Shown here: positions 46,483-54,568 of the stretch, in pieces
Layout: each line of letters begins with the position of its first letter
Position numbering within the stretch: position 1 is the first letter of the stretch
Origin: an uncultured bacterium
GTDB lineage: Bacteria > Verrucomicrobiota > Kiritimatiellia > RFP12 > UBA1067
Reading direction: 5' to 3'
Length of the DNA: 64,000 bases
Assembly: GCA_902802945.1 (NCBI GenBank)
Contig: CADCOC010000002.1
Span: forward strand, 9,853 to 73,852
The notes under the pieces: generated by a model
What the model was told of the DNA's origin: nothing
Database searches by the model: none
Seen by the model: only the letters and a program-made list of their open reading frames with translations
Program-made: the position numbers and the translations under genes

Positions 46483-49428
46483 ATGACAACAGAAAATACA
46501 ATCACGAAAAACAAGTGTGTGAGAAGTGCTCACGGCAGAGCAGCCATCCTGGCATTAGCCTTAGGGGTTGCGTCATGCGTGTTGGCATACGCCCCTGCGC
46601 CGGTCGTGTTCGATACGCCGGCCAAAGACGAGAAAGGCATCATGGTGCTCGGCAACGGCGAGGTGGGCGCGACCGCGTGGCTGGACGCCGCCGGCACGTT
46701 GCACACCGTGCTGCAGAACTCCGATTCGTGGAACGAGGGCGGACGCCATGTGAAGACCGGCGCGATCGACTACGAGACGAAGTCGCCTGTCGACGCGGGC
46801 ACGTACCGTCAGGAGCTTTCGATGGAACGTGGCGAGTTCGAGGCCACGTGGAAGAGCGGCGGAAGGGCGGTGTCGCTGCGGTACCGCATCCAGCAGGGGA
46901 CGGACTCGATCGCCGTGTGCGACGTGAAGGGCGCGCCGGACGTCGAGGCGAAGGTGATCAACTGGCGTCTCTATCCCGGCGGGTCGAAGGAGTTCGGTGT
47001 CGGCGAGTACGAGCTCGGCAACAGGTTCTGCGAGGGCGGTCCTTTTGGGAAGGTGCTGAGCAAGAAGAAGTTCACCATCAGCGCCGACCGTCTTGTGCCG
47101 GGCGGCTGGTGCCACGTGAACCGCAACGAGACGGTTGCCGACCTGATGAAGGTGTATGACTTCTACCAGGCGACGGGCGATCTCGGCAAGCCGGATTTGC
47201 TTTCGGACCGCGCGTTCGGTGGCGTGACGCGAAAGTATTGCGGCGGTCAGAGGGCTGACCGCCCTACCTCTGGTAACATCGGTTCGGTAGGGCGGTCGCC
47301 CCGCGACCGCCGTACCCTCTTCCTTACCGCGATCACGTGCTATCATCCGTGCAAGGACGCGGACGAATGGCTGCGCCGCACGAACGAGATGCTCGACCGC
47401 GACGGCTGGAACATCGACGGCGAGGAGGCGAAGCGCGCGGCGCACATCGCCTGGTGGCGCACGTTCTGGAACCGCAGCCACATCGCGGTCACGCCGTCCG
47501 AAACGGCGAAGAACGCGCCGCCCAAGCCCTACGACTTTCCCACCAACAGCAAGCTGCCGCTCAGCTTCGGCGTGGATTCCAGGGGCGGCAACAAGTTCCT
47601 CGGAACGTTCGCGTCCGCCGAAGTGTCGTTCGACGGGAAGGTTGTGTATTCGGGCGTCCCGAAGGTGGGAGAGGTTATTGCAACGGGCAAGATGCCCGTT
47701 GTCCCAGTTGCGGGCGAGACGCCCGCCACCCCAGCAACGGGCAAGATGCCCGTTGTCCCAGGTTTTCACTTCAGGTGCAAATTCACGACGGATCATCTTG
47801 AGAAGCCGCAGCGGCTTCTCGACAACATGACGCCCGGCGGAAGCGACGGTTTCATCGTCGACGTCTATCTCGGGCGCCCGCGCGCGATTTTCGGTCCGGT
47901 GCAGATGCACCACTCCTCGAAGATCGCGGCAGGACGCGAGACGACACTCGAGGTGAGCGTGTCGAAGTACGGTACGGCGGAGATCGTCGTGAACGGCAAA
48001 AGTGAGAAGAAGGAGCTGGGGCGTCCCGTCATCCCGCTTGCCGACGAGTGCGCGGCGATCACCACGGCCTACGCCGCGCAGCGCTACCTCACCGCGTGCG
48101 CGTCGCGCGGACGCCTCCCGATCCGCTTCAACGGCACGCTCTTCACGATCTCCCACAGGGGCGATCCCGACTACCGCCGCTGGGGCAACGGCTACTGGTG
48201 GCAGAACACGCGCCTGCCGTACTACCCGATGTTCGCCGCCGGCGACATTGACGGCACCGACGCGCTCTTCGACATGTACTTCGGGAAGCTGGAGTTCTTC
48301 AAGAAGCGCACGAAGAAGTATTTCGGACACGACGGCGCGTACTTCCCCGAGTGCATGCAGCCGTGGGGCGACCACTTCATGGGCTGTTACGGTCCGGAAT
48401 GCGAGTGGAAGTACCGCAAGGACAAGCACCAGTACCATCACTGCCACAAGTACGCATGGGTGGGCCAACTGGAACTCTCGCTCATGGCCATCATGCGCTG
48501 GCAGCACACGCGCGACGATGGATGGTTCAAGAAAAATGCGCTGCCGTCCATCCGCGAGTACGTGCGCTACTTCGACGGACACTTCAAGCTGGACGCGAAG
48601 GGCCGCTATCACATGTACCCCGCGCAGGCGATCGAGACGTGGCAGGACTGCACGAACCCGATGACCGAAGTGGCCGGCCTCACCCGCGTCACGGACCTCC
48701 TCCTCGCGATGCCCGACAACGTGGTCTCGGCGGACGACCACGCGTTCTTCGCGAAGATCCGCGCGCGCCTGCCGGAGCTGCCTACGCGCACGCTCGGCGG
48801 CCAGAGGGCTGGCCGCCCTACCGAGTCGGCGATCGTGTTCGCGCCGGCGGAGATATTCAAGCGCCACGGCAACGTCGAGACGCCGGAGCTCTACTGCGTG
48901 TTCCCGTTCCGTCTCAGCTCGTTCGAGAAGCCGAATGCGGAGATCGGCCGACGCACGTACACCGATGGGCGTTTTCATAAGCTCTACTTCGGCTGGGCGC
49001 AGGACGAGTTGAACGCGGCGTACCTCGGCATGGCGGAGGAGGCGCGCGAGCACATCGTCGACCGCGTGTTCAAGAACACGCCCACGCTTGGCCGGACGAT
49101 CGCCTGCAACGAGGAGAACATCGCCGAGCGCGCGTACAGGCCCTCCGAATATCGCTGGCCGGCGTACTGGGGCCCGAACTACAACTGGCGTCCCGACCAG
49201 GACGAGGGCGGCGTGTTCCAGAACACGATCCAGTCGATGCTCCTGCAGTACGAGGGCGACAAAATCTTCCTCCTGCCTGCGTGGCCGAAGGAGTGGAACT
49301 GCGACTTCAAGCTCAACGCCCCCGGTAACACCACCGTCGAGGGCCGCGTGGAGAACGGCGAGCTGAAGGATCTTGTCGTGACGCCCGCCTTCCGCCGCGC
49401 CGACGTGGTCAACGCCGCAGTGCGATAG
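46483..49428 (+). CDS. GH95-like (DUF5703 / alpha-L-fucosidase-family six-hairpin) glycoside hydrolase
   Basis: The N-terminal MVLGNGEVGATAWLDAAGTLHTVLQNSDSWNEGG parallels the GH95 LGNGrlGa...LNedtlW motif. The gene contains R1 copies and an R6 duplicated 27-mer at 47680-47761. Confidence 0.5.
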   Translation: MTTENTITKNKCVRSAHGRAAILALALGVASCVLAYAPAPVVFDTPAKDEKGIMVLGNGEVGATAWLDAAGTLHTVLQNSDSWNEGGRHVKTGAIDYETKSPVDAGTYRQELSMERGEFEATWKSGGRAVSLRYRIQQGTDSIAVCDVKGAPDVEAKVINWRLYPGGSKEFGVGEYELGNRFCEGGPFGKVLSKKKFTISADRLVPGGWCHVNRNETVADLMKVYDFYQATGDLGKPDLLSDRAFGGVTRKYCGGQRADRPTSGNIGSVGRSPRDRRTLFLTAITCYHPCKDADEWLRRTNEMLDRDGWNIDGEEAKRAAHIAWWRTFWNRSHIAVTPSETAKNAPPKPYDFPTNSKLPLSFGVDSRGGNKFLGTFASAEVSFDGKVVYSGVPKVGEVIATGKMPVVPVAGETPATPATGKMPVVPGFHFRCKFTTDHLEKPQRLLDNMTPGGSDGFIVDVYLGRPRAIFGPVQMHHSSKIAAGRETTLEVSVSKYGTAEIVVNGKSEKKELGRPVIPLADECAAITTAYAAQRYLTACASRGRLPIRFNGTLFTISHRGDPDYRRWGNGYWWQNTRLPYYPMFAAGDIDGTDALFDMYFGKLEFFKKRTKKYFGHDGAYFPECMQPWGDHFMGCYGPECEWKYRKDKHQYHHCHKYAWVGQLELSLMAIMRWQHTRDDGWFKKNALPSIREYVRYFDGHFKLDAKGRYHMYPAQAIETWQDCTNPMTEVAGLTRVTDLLLAMPDNVVSADDHAFFAKIRARLPELPTRTLGGQRAGRPTESAIVFAPAEIFKRHGNVETPELYCVFPFRLSSFEKPNAEIGRRTYTDGRFHKLYFGWAQDELNAAYLGMAEEAREHIVDRVFKNTPTLGRTIACNEENIAERAYRPSEYRWPAYWGPNYNWRPDQDEGGVFQNTIQSMLLQYEGDKIFLLPAWPKEWNCDFKLNAPGNTTVEGRVENGELKDLVVTPAFRRADVVNAAVR
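47245..47317 (+). repeat. Composite R1 element: two R1 units in inverted orientation (GGTCAGAGGGCTGACCGCCCTACC ...17 nt... GGTAGGGCGGTCGCCCCGCGACC), in-frame inside the GH95-like gene
   Basis: Read directly. The second half is the exact reverse complement of the 42973-type unit. It encodes GGQRADRPTSGNIGSVGRSPRDRR. Confidence 0.75.
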
Positions 49429-49470
49429 ACGCACTTTTCTCGCCGGTGCAGTTGCGGGCGGGGGAGTATA

Positions 49471-49479
49471 TGGTATAAT
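49471..49479 (+). promoter_or_regulatory. Extended -10 TGGTATAAT
   Basis: 'agtatatggtataataacc', 29 nt before ATG 49508 with an A-rich RBS region. Confidence 0.4.
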
Positions 49480-49507
49480 AACCTCAATCCCAAAAAAGGA
49501 AAAAAGA

Positions 49508-50644
49508 ATGAAAGCAATGCTTGGAAAGTGCGCCCTGTGCGCTGTAACGGCCGCCATTGTGGCGGGAGACCTCTTCGCGAAGACGGAGACCTGGGGTGAC
49601 GAGCAGTATCGTCCTAAGCTCTTCAAGCGCTTCGGCGACATCGTGAACGTCCCCGACGGACTCACCAAGGACCCGCAGGGCAACATCTACCACTCTGCGC
49701 CGAACCTCGTGAAACCCGAATACCCCGGCGTCATCGTGAAGCGCGACTTCAAGAACGGACGCTGGAACGTCCTGTGCGCCGGACTACGTTCGCCCAAGAC
49801 CGGTTTCGGGCGTCCCATGGGGCTCGAGTTCTGTGAGGAGGACGGCAACCTCTACTACTGCGACAACCAGTACTTCGACTCCAAGGACTACGCGAGCCGC
49901 GTGATGCGCGTGGTCCTCGACAAGAAGGGCGAGGTCCTGCGCATCGAGACGGCGGTGGACAACGTGAAGCTCGCGAACGCGATCCGCTTCTACAAGGGCG
50001 ACATGTTCATCACCGACACCTACTTCGACCTCGGCCGCAAGGACGGCATCGGCGTGGGCGGCGTCTACCGCATTCCGCTCGCGGCGTGCAAGACGAAGAC
50101 GGTTTCGCTCCTTCCCAAGAAAGATTACATGAAGGACCCCTACTTCCTTTGCGCCACCGAGACGAAGCCTCTTGAGCGCAAGGACAACTCCGGCGCGGAC
50201 GGGCTCGCAATCACGAAGGAAGGCCATCTCTACTTCGGCACGTTCGGCTCCGGCCGCTTCTACACGGCAAAGCGCAAGGCCGACGGTTCCTACGAGCCCG
50301 CGAAGCTCATCTTCGAGGATCCGAAGCGCTTCCCGTGCTGCGACGGCATCTGCTACGACGAGGTTGCCAACCGCATCATCATGAGCGACAGCTGTCTCAA
50401 CGCGCTCCACACCTGGGACATCGCGAAGGAGCAGAAGGGCGAGTGCGGGTTCGGCGAGCTCTGGCGTAATGGTGACGACTCCGGTGCGCACGGTCTCCTC
50501 GACCAGCCCTGCGAGCCGATGATCTGGAAGGACAAGAAGGGCAACCGCAAGCTCATCATTGCTAACTTCGACATGACCTTCCCTGGCCTCACGAACCGGA
50601 AGAACGACAAGTTCCACACGCTCTCGGTCATCAACCTTGACTGA
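49508..50644 (+). CDS. SMP-30/gluconolactonase/LRE-like beta-propeller protein, secreted
   Basis: The signal peptide and the NIYHSAPN...GLEFCEEDGNLYYCDNQYF...AITKEGHLYFGTFG pattern indicate six-bladed propeller repeats. Confidence 0.55.
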   Translation: MKAMLGKCALCAVTAAIVAGDLFAKTETWGDEQYRPKLFKRFGDIVNVPDGLTKDPQGNIYHSAPNLVKPEYPGVIVKRDFKNGRWNVLCAGLRSPKTGFGRPMGLEFCEEDGNLYYCDNQYFDSKDYASRVMRVVLDKKGEVLRIETAVDNVKLANAIRFYKGDMFITDTYFDLGRKDGIGVGGVYRIPLAACKTKTVSLLPKKDYMKDPYFLCATETKPLERKDNSGADGLAITKEGHLYFGTFGSGRFYTAKRKADGSYEPAKLIFEDPKRFPCCDGICYDEVANRIIMSDSCLNALHTWDIAKEQKGECGFGELWRNGDDSGAHGLLDQPCEPMIWKDKKGNRKLIIANFDMTFPGLTNRKNDKFHTLSVINLD

Positions 50645-50670
50645 CAGAGCCGCCATTGTGCGGGCCATCC

Positions 50671-50699
50671 TTGCGCCGTCTGGGACGATTTGGTAGAAT
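50671..50699 (+). promoter_or_regulatory. Promoter TTGCGC-N17-(TG)TAGAAT
   Basis: 'ttgcgccgtctgggacgatttggtagaatag'. RBS 'caggaga' before ATG 50751. Confidence 0.4.
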
Positions 50700-50750
50700 A
50701 GTGAACGGAAAGCGACAGGTGCATGAAGATGACCAAACAGGAGAAATGAG

Positions 50751-52181
50751 ATGCAGATCACAAAGCGCGAGTTTTTGAAGCGGCTGGGACTTGGTGGCGC
50801 GGCCCTGGCGGGCGGCGCCGTACTGGGCGACCAGGCCGTCAAGACGAAGAGCGCCTTGCCGGCTGGAAGCTGCGGCGACCCGGACAACGTGGCGTTCGGT
50901 AAGAACATCTTCCCGATCGAACACACGATGACGGACGGCCCGAGCTGCGTGTTGAAGGACGGCAAGATCCTCCAGCCCGCGCGTGAGATTCCGATCTTCC
51001 ACACGACGGACGTCGTGGTCGTGGGTGGAGGTTCTGCGGGCTTTGCCGCTGCTGTCGCCGCCGCGCGCACGGGCGCGAAGGTGGCCCTCGTCGAGCGCTA
51101 CGGGTCGCTGGGAGGTCTCTTCACAAACGGCATGGTACTCATCATGCTCTGCACGAGCGCGCGCGAGGGCAAGAATTTCCGCCTCGTGACGAAGGGCATC
51201 GTCGAGGAATTCGCCAAGCGCGCCCGCGCGCTCGGCGACTGGGTGTGTACCGGACCCGTGCCGCCGAACCGCCACTGGCAGCCAACGGTCGATCCCGAGG
51301 GCGCGAAGTACCTCATGGACAAGATGGTCGCCGAGGAGAAGATCGACATGTTCTTCCACTGCTGGGGCGTCGACACGATCCAGGACGGCGACAAGGTGCT
51401 GGGCATCGTGTTCGAGTCGAAGCAGGGCCGCCAGGCGATTCTCGCGAAGCAGGTGGTGGACTGCACGGGCGACGCGGACGTGCTCTTTCAGGCCGGCGGC
51501 GACTACAAGCAGATCACCCACGGCATCGGACACGTCGTGCGCCTCGCGAACATGGACCGCATCACGGCGAAGAAGCCACCGAGGGGGCCGGACGGCAAGG
51601 TGAAGGGCAAGCTCGGCAGGTGGCCTCTGCGCTCGAACGAGGCGAACCCCTCGACGTGGTGGGGCAACTTCGGGACGGGCCCGAAGGGCAACGGACTCGA
51701 CGTGCGCGACCTCACGGCGGCGGAGATCGACTTCCGCAAGCGCTGGTGGGAGCATGTGGCGGAGATGCGCCAGGAGCCGGGCTGGGAGGAGGTGTTCATC
51801 GCGAACACGTGCTCGCAGATCGGTCCGCGCGCCTCGCGTCTCGTGGACGCGGAGCTCGTGGTGAGCCGCGCGACGCTGCGCGGCGCGTTCAAGCCGGACG
51901 ACGTGGTCGGCTGGTTCGGCCAGGACGGCCGCCACGCGGCCTTCCCCGTGCCGTACCGCCAGCTCGTGCCGAAGAAGGTGGAGAACCTCCTCTGCGCGGG
52001 ACGCTGCCTCGGGACGGGCGACACGATCGACACGTTCCGGCTCATTTGTCCGTGCTTCGTGACCGGCCAGGCCGCGGGAACGGCGGCCGCGCTCGCCGCG
52101 CAGGCGGGCGTCACGCCGCGCGCGCTGCCTTATTCAACTCTGCGCCAAGCCCTCGAGAAGGGCGGCGTGTATCTCGGCTAA
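50751..52181 (+). CDS. FAD-dependent oxidoreductase (FAD_oxidored family) with an N-terminal TAT-like signal (KR variant)
   Basis: TKREFLKRLGLGGAALAGGA is the signal. VVVVGGGSAGFAAAVAAARTGAKVALVE is a Rossmann FAD-binding GxGxxG motif. Confidence 0.7.
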   Translation: MQITKREFLKRLGLGGAALAGGAVLGDQAVKTKSALPAGSCGDPDNVAFGKNIFPIEHTMTDGPSCVLKDGKILQPAREIPIFHTTDVVVVGGGSAGFAAAVAAARTGAKVALVERYGSLGGLFTNGMVLIMLCTSAREGKNFRLVTKGIVEEFAKRARALGDWVCTGPVPPNRHWQPTVDPEGAKYLMDKMVAEEKIDMFFHCWGVDTIQDGDKVLGIVFESKQGRQAILAKQVVDCTGDADVLFQAGGDYKQITHGIGHVVRLANMDRITAKKPPRGPDGKVKGKLGRWPLRSNEANPSTWWGNFGTGPKGNGLDVRDLTAAEIDFRKRWWEHVAEMRQEPGWEEVFIANTCSQIGPRASRLVDAELVVSRATLRGAFKPDDVVGWFGQDGRHAAFPVPYRQLVPKKVENLLCAGRCLGTGDTIDTFRLICPCFVTGQAAGTAAALAAQAGVTPRALPYSTLRQALEKGGVYLG

Positions 52182-52193
52182 AGGAGAACGACG

Positions 52194-52391
52194 ATGAAAG
52201 TGACGCTCAATCCAGACGCGGAGGTCGTGAAGACCGTCCAGGAAGGCCTCAAGCGCACGGGCGGGTATTGTCCGTGCCGCCTCCAGCGCACGCCCGAGAC
52301 GAAATGCATGTGCCAGGAGTTCCGCGACCAGATCAAGGATCCGAAATTCGAGGGCTTCTGCCATTGCCTCCTCTACTACAAAAGCCTCTAA
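52194..52391 (+). CDS. Ferredoxin-thioredoxin reductase catalytic-subunit-like (FeThRed_B) small Cys-rich protein
   Basis: The CPC-x10-CMC-x15-CHC spacing (CPCRLQRTPETKCMCQEFRDQIKDPKFEGFCHCLLY) matches the FTR catalytic chain 4Fe-4S/disulfide motif. RBS 'aaaggaga'. Confidence 0.6.
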   Translation: MKVTLNPDAEVVKTVQEGLKRTGGYCPCRLQRTPETKCMCQEFRDQIKDPKFEGFCHCLLYYKSL

Positions 52392-52406
52392 GGAAAGAAC
52401 AAAGAA

Positions 52407-52718
52407 ATGGAAATCGAACTGACGAACGAAAACTTCGCCGCCGAGGTGCTCCAGTCGGAGCTGCCCGTGCTGGTTGACTTCTGGGCCACGTGGTGCGGGC
52501 CGTGCAAGATGCTCGCGCCGACCGTTGCGGAGATCGCGGAGGAGTACGCGGGCCGCGTGAAGGTGGGCAAGGTGAACGTGGACAACGCGCCGGAGATCGC
52601 CGCGAGCTACGGCATCACGAGCATTCCTGCGCTGCTCCTCTTCCGCAAGGGCGAGGTGGCGAAGACGTCTGTGGGCTTCGTGCCGAAGGCGGACGTTGTG
52701 GCTATGCTCGGTCTCTAG
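52407..52718 (+). CDS. trxA: Thioredoxin
   Basis: WCGPC active site. The 103-aa length and fold pattern are typical. Confidence 0.9.
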   Translation: MEIELTNENFAAEVLQSELPVLVDFWATWCGPCKMLAPTVAEIAEEYAGRVKVGKVNVDNAPEIAASYGITSIPALLLFRKGEVAKTSVGFVPKADVVAMLGL

Positions 52719-52735
52719 GCAAACGGAACCATCAC

Positions 52736-53902
52736 ATGTTTACCTTGCCCTTTACGAAAGCCGCGCGCGAGAAGAAACAGCAGAAGGTAGTCCTCAAGGC
52801 CGCGCGTGAATTCATCTACGCCCACGAGGACCTTCCGGCGTTCGATGCGTCGAACGAGCAGATGGCCGAACTGCGCTTGGCCCTTGCCGCAGGCAACGGG
52901 GAAAAGTGCGCGGAGCTCCTCGGCGTACTCGACCCGCCGAAGAGCTTCCAGGGATGCCGCGAGTGGCTGGACATCCTCGTCGTCTCCATTTCCGTGGCGA
53001 TGGCGTTCCGCGCGTACTTCTACGAGCCTTTCAACATCCCCACGGGGTCGATGCAGCCCACGCTTTACGGCAACCACTCCGAAACTATCGCGCCCGAACA
53101 GGTGAGCGCGTGGGACACTACGCCGCTCAAGTGGGGCAAGTGGCTCATGACGGGCAAGATGTACGAATGCTTCAAGGCGCCGTTTTCGGGCATCCTCGCG
53201 TTTCAGCCCACGAACACAGGACACTACGACATGCGCGTGGTGGACGCGATGGGCAAGCCGAGCGACTCGATGCTCGTGCCAACGGACGTGCTCCATCCTT
53301 TCGAGACGGGCGACGGGCCGTACCGCCGGCAGGGGTACGCGCTGCCGAACGGGCTGCGTCCGGGCGACCGCGTGGAGGCGGGCCAGCTGCTGTGGAGCGG
53401 ACTCGTCGTGACGGGCGACTTCCTTTTCGTGAACCGGTGGCTGTGGAACTTCCGCCATCCGCGCCGCGGCGACGTGATGATATTCTCCACTACGGGCATC
53501 GAGGGCCTCCAACAGGGCACGCACTACATCAAGCGCATGACCGGCACGCCCGGCGAGACGCTGACGATCAAGGACGGACATTTGCTTGTGGACGGCAAGC
53601 AGCCCATGGAGCCGCTTCGCATCCGCCAGATACAGAACCACGAGAAGTGGCACGAGAAGGCATATCCTTTTGCGGGATACCGTCCTAACGGCGACGCGCG
53701 GTACAACGTGCCGGGGCGTACGATCTTTGCCGAAGGCGACGAAGTGAAGCTGGGGCCGGACGAATACTATGCCTGCGGCGACAACTCGCCGTCAAGTTAC
53801 GACAGCCGCTACTGGGGGCCTGTCCCCGCGCGCAACCTCTGCGGCATTGCGGGCGGCGTGTTCTGGCCCTTCTTCAGCCATCGCTGGGGGCCGATCAAGT
53901 AA
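52736..53902 (+). CDS. lepB: Signal peptidase I (S26)
   Basis: IPTGSMQPTL is the catalytic Ser box, and GDNSPSSYDSRYWGPVP is box E. The internal ATG 52736 is chosen. The upstream part of ORF 52490 is the alternative frame over trxA. Confidence 0.85.
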   Translation: MFTLPFTKAAREKKQQKVVLKAAREFIYAHEDLPAFDASNEQMAELRLALAAGNGEKCAELLGVLDPPKSFQGCREWLDILVVSISVAMAFRAYFYEPFNIPTGSMQPTLYGNHSETIAPEQVSAWDTTPLKWGKWLMTGKMYECFKAPFSGILAFQPTNTGHYDMRVVDAMGKPSDSMLVPTDVLHPFETGDGPYRRQGYALPNGLRPGDRVEAGQLLWSGLVVTGDFLFVNRWLWNFRHPRRGDVMIFSTTGIEGLQQGTHYIKRMTGTPGETLTIKDGHLLVDGKQPMEPLRIRQIQNHEKWHEKAYPFAGYRPNGDARYNVPGRTIFAEGDEVKLGPDEYYACGDNSPSSYDSRYWGPVPARNLCGIAGGVFWPFFSHRWGPIK

Positions 53903-54568
53903 TCACCGGCCGCCACGGAAGAATATCGCCTCGGCGACAGGCCCGAAGCTCTGTCGGTGCTCTGGACACGGGCCGAGGCGGTTGAGCGCCTCGAAGTGTG
54001 CCGCCGTGGGATAGCCCTTGTGGACGGCGAAGCCGTAGCCGGGGTATTTCGCTTCCATTTCGACGCAGTAGGCGTCGCGGGAGGTTTTGGCGAGAATCGA
54101 GGCCGCTGCGATGAAGAGGGACTTCGCATCGCCTTTCACCACGTTCTGCGAGGGAAAGGGCAGCGTTGGGACGGCCAGACCATCTACGAGGATGGCGAAG
54201 GAATGCGGTGGATCAGAGGAAATTTTTTCCGCAAGGGCTAGGGCGGCTCGGCGCATGGCGAGATGGGTGGCGCGGAGGATGTTCAGCTGGTCGATCTCGA
54301 GGGCCGAGGCGGAGGCGACGGCCCATGTGCATAAAGGCGTGGACTTGATGATTTGCGCGAGCGCGTCGCGTTTTTTCTCCGAGAGTTTCTTCGAGTCGTT
54401 GATGGCCGCCCACGGTCCGGCCAGCAAGGCGTCCGCCGCTTCGAGCGGCACGGATACGGCAGCTGCGAACACTGGACCCGCAAGGGGTCCGCGTCCTGCC
54501 TCGTCAATCCCCATTACCGTGGTGCCGGGCTGGTGGGCGTGTTCTAGGTCGAGGGAGACGGTGTTCAT
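53903..54568 (-). CDS. rnhB: Ribonuclease HII
   Basis: MGIDEAGRGPLAGPVFAAAV is the RNase HII active-site motif. The start is at the internal Met. Confidence 0.85.
   Translation of the reverse strand: MNTVSLDLEHAHQPGTTVMGIDEAGRGPLAGPVFAAAVSVPLEAADALLAGPWAAINDSKKLSEKKRDALAQIIKSTPLCTWAVASASALEIDQLNILRATHLAMRRAALALAEKISSDPPHSFAILVDGLAVPTLPFPSQNVVKGDAKSLFIAAASILAKTSRDAYCVEMEAKYPGYGFAVHKGYPTAAHFEALNRLGPCPEHRQSFGPVAEAIFFRGGR

Noticed and set aside
46573-49686. 1037-aa minus-strand ORF antisense to the GH95-like gene; likewise 27016..28785, 29128..30999, 31036..31671, 32129..33694, 43210..44376, 44640..46208
   Set aside because: The same high-GC antisense artefact. The products are dominated by R/A/G/V/H runs, and the opposite strand encodes recognisable enzymes.
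52490-52735. N-terminal 82-aa extension of the lepB ORF (MVRAVQDARADRCGDRGG...)
   Set aside because: It is the +1 frame running through trxA. lepB has its own ATG at 52736, directly after trxA's stop, and the extension is Arg/Gly-rich with no family similarity.
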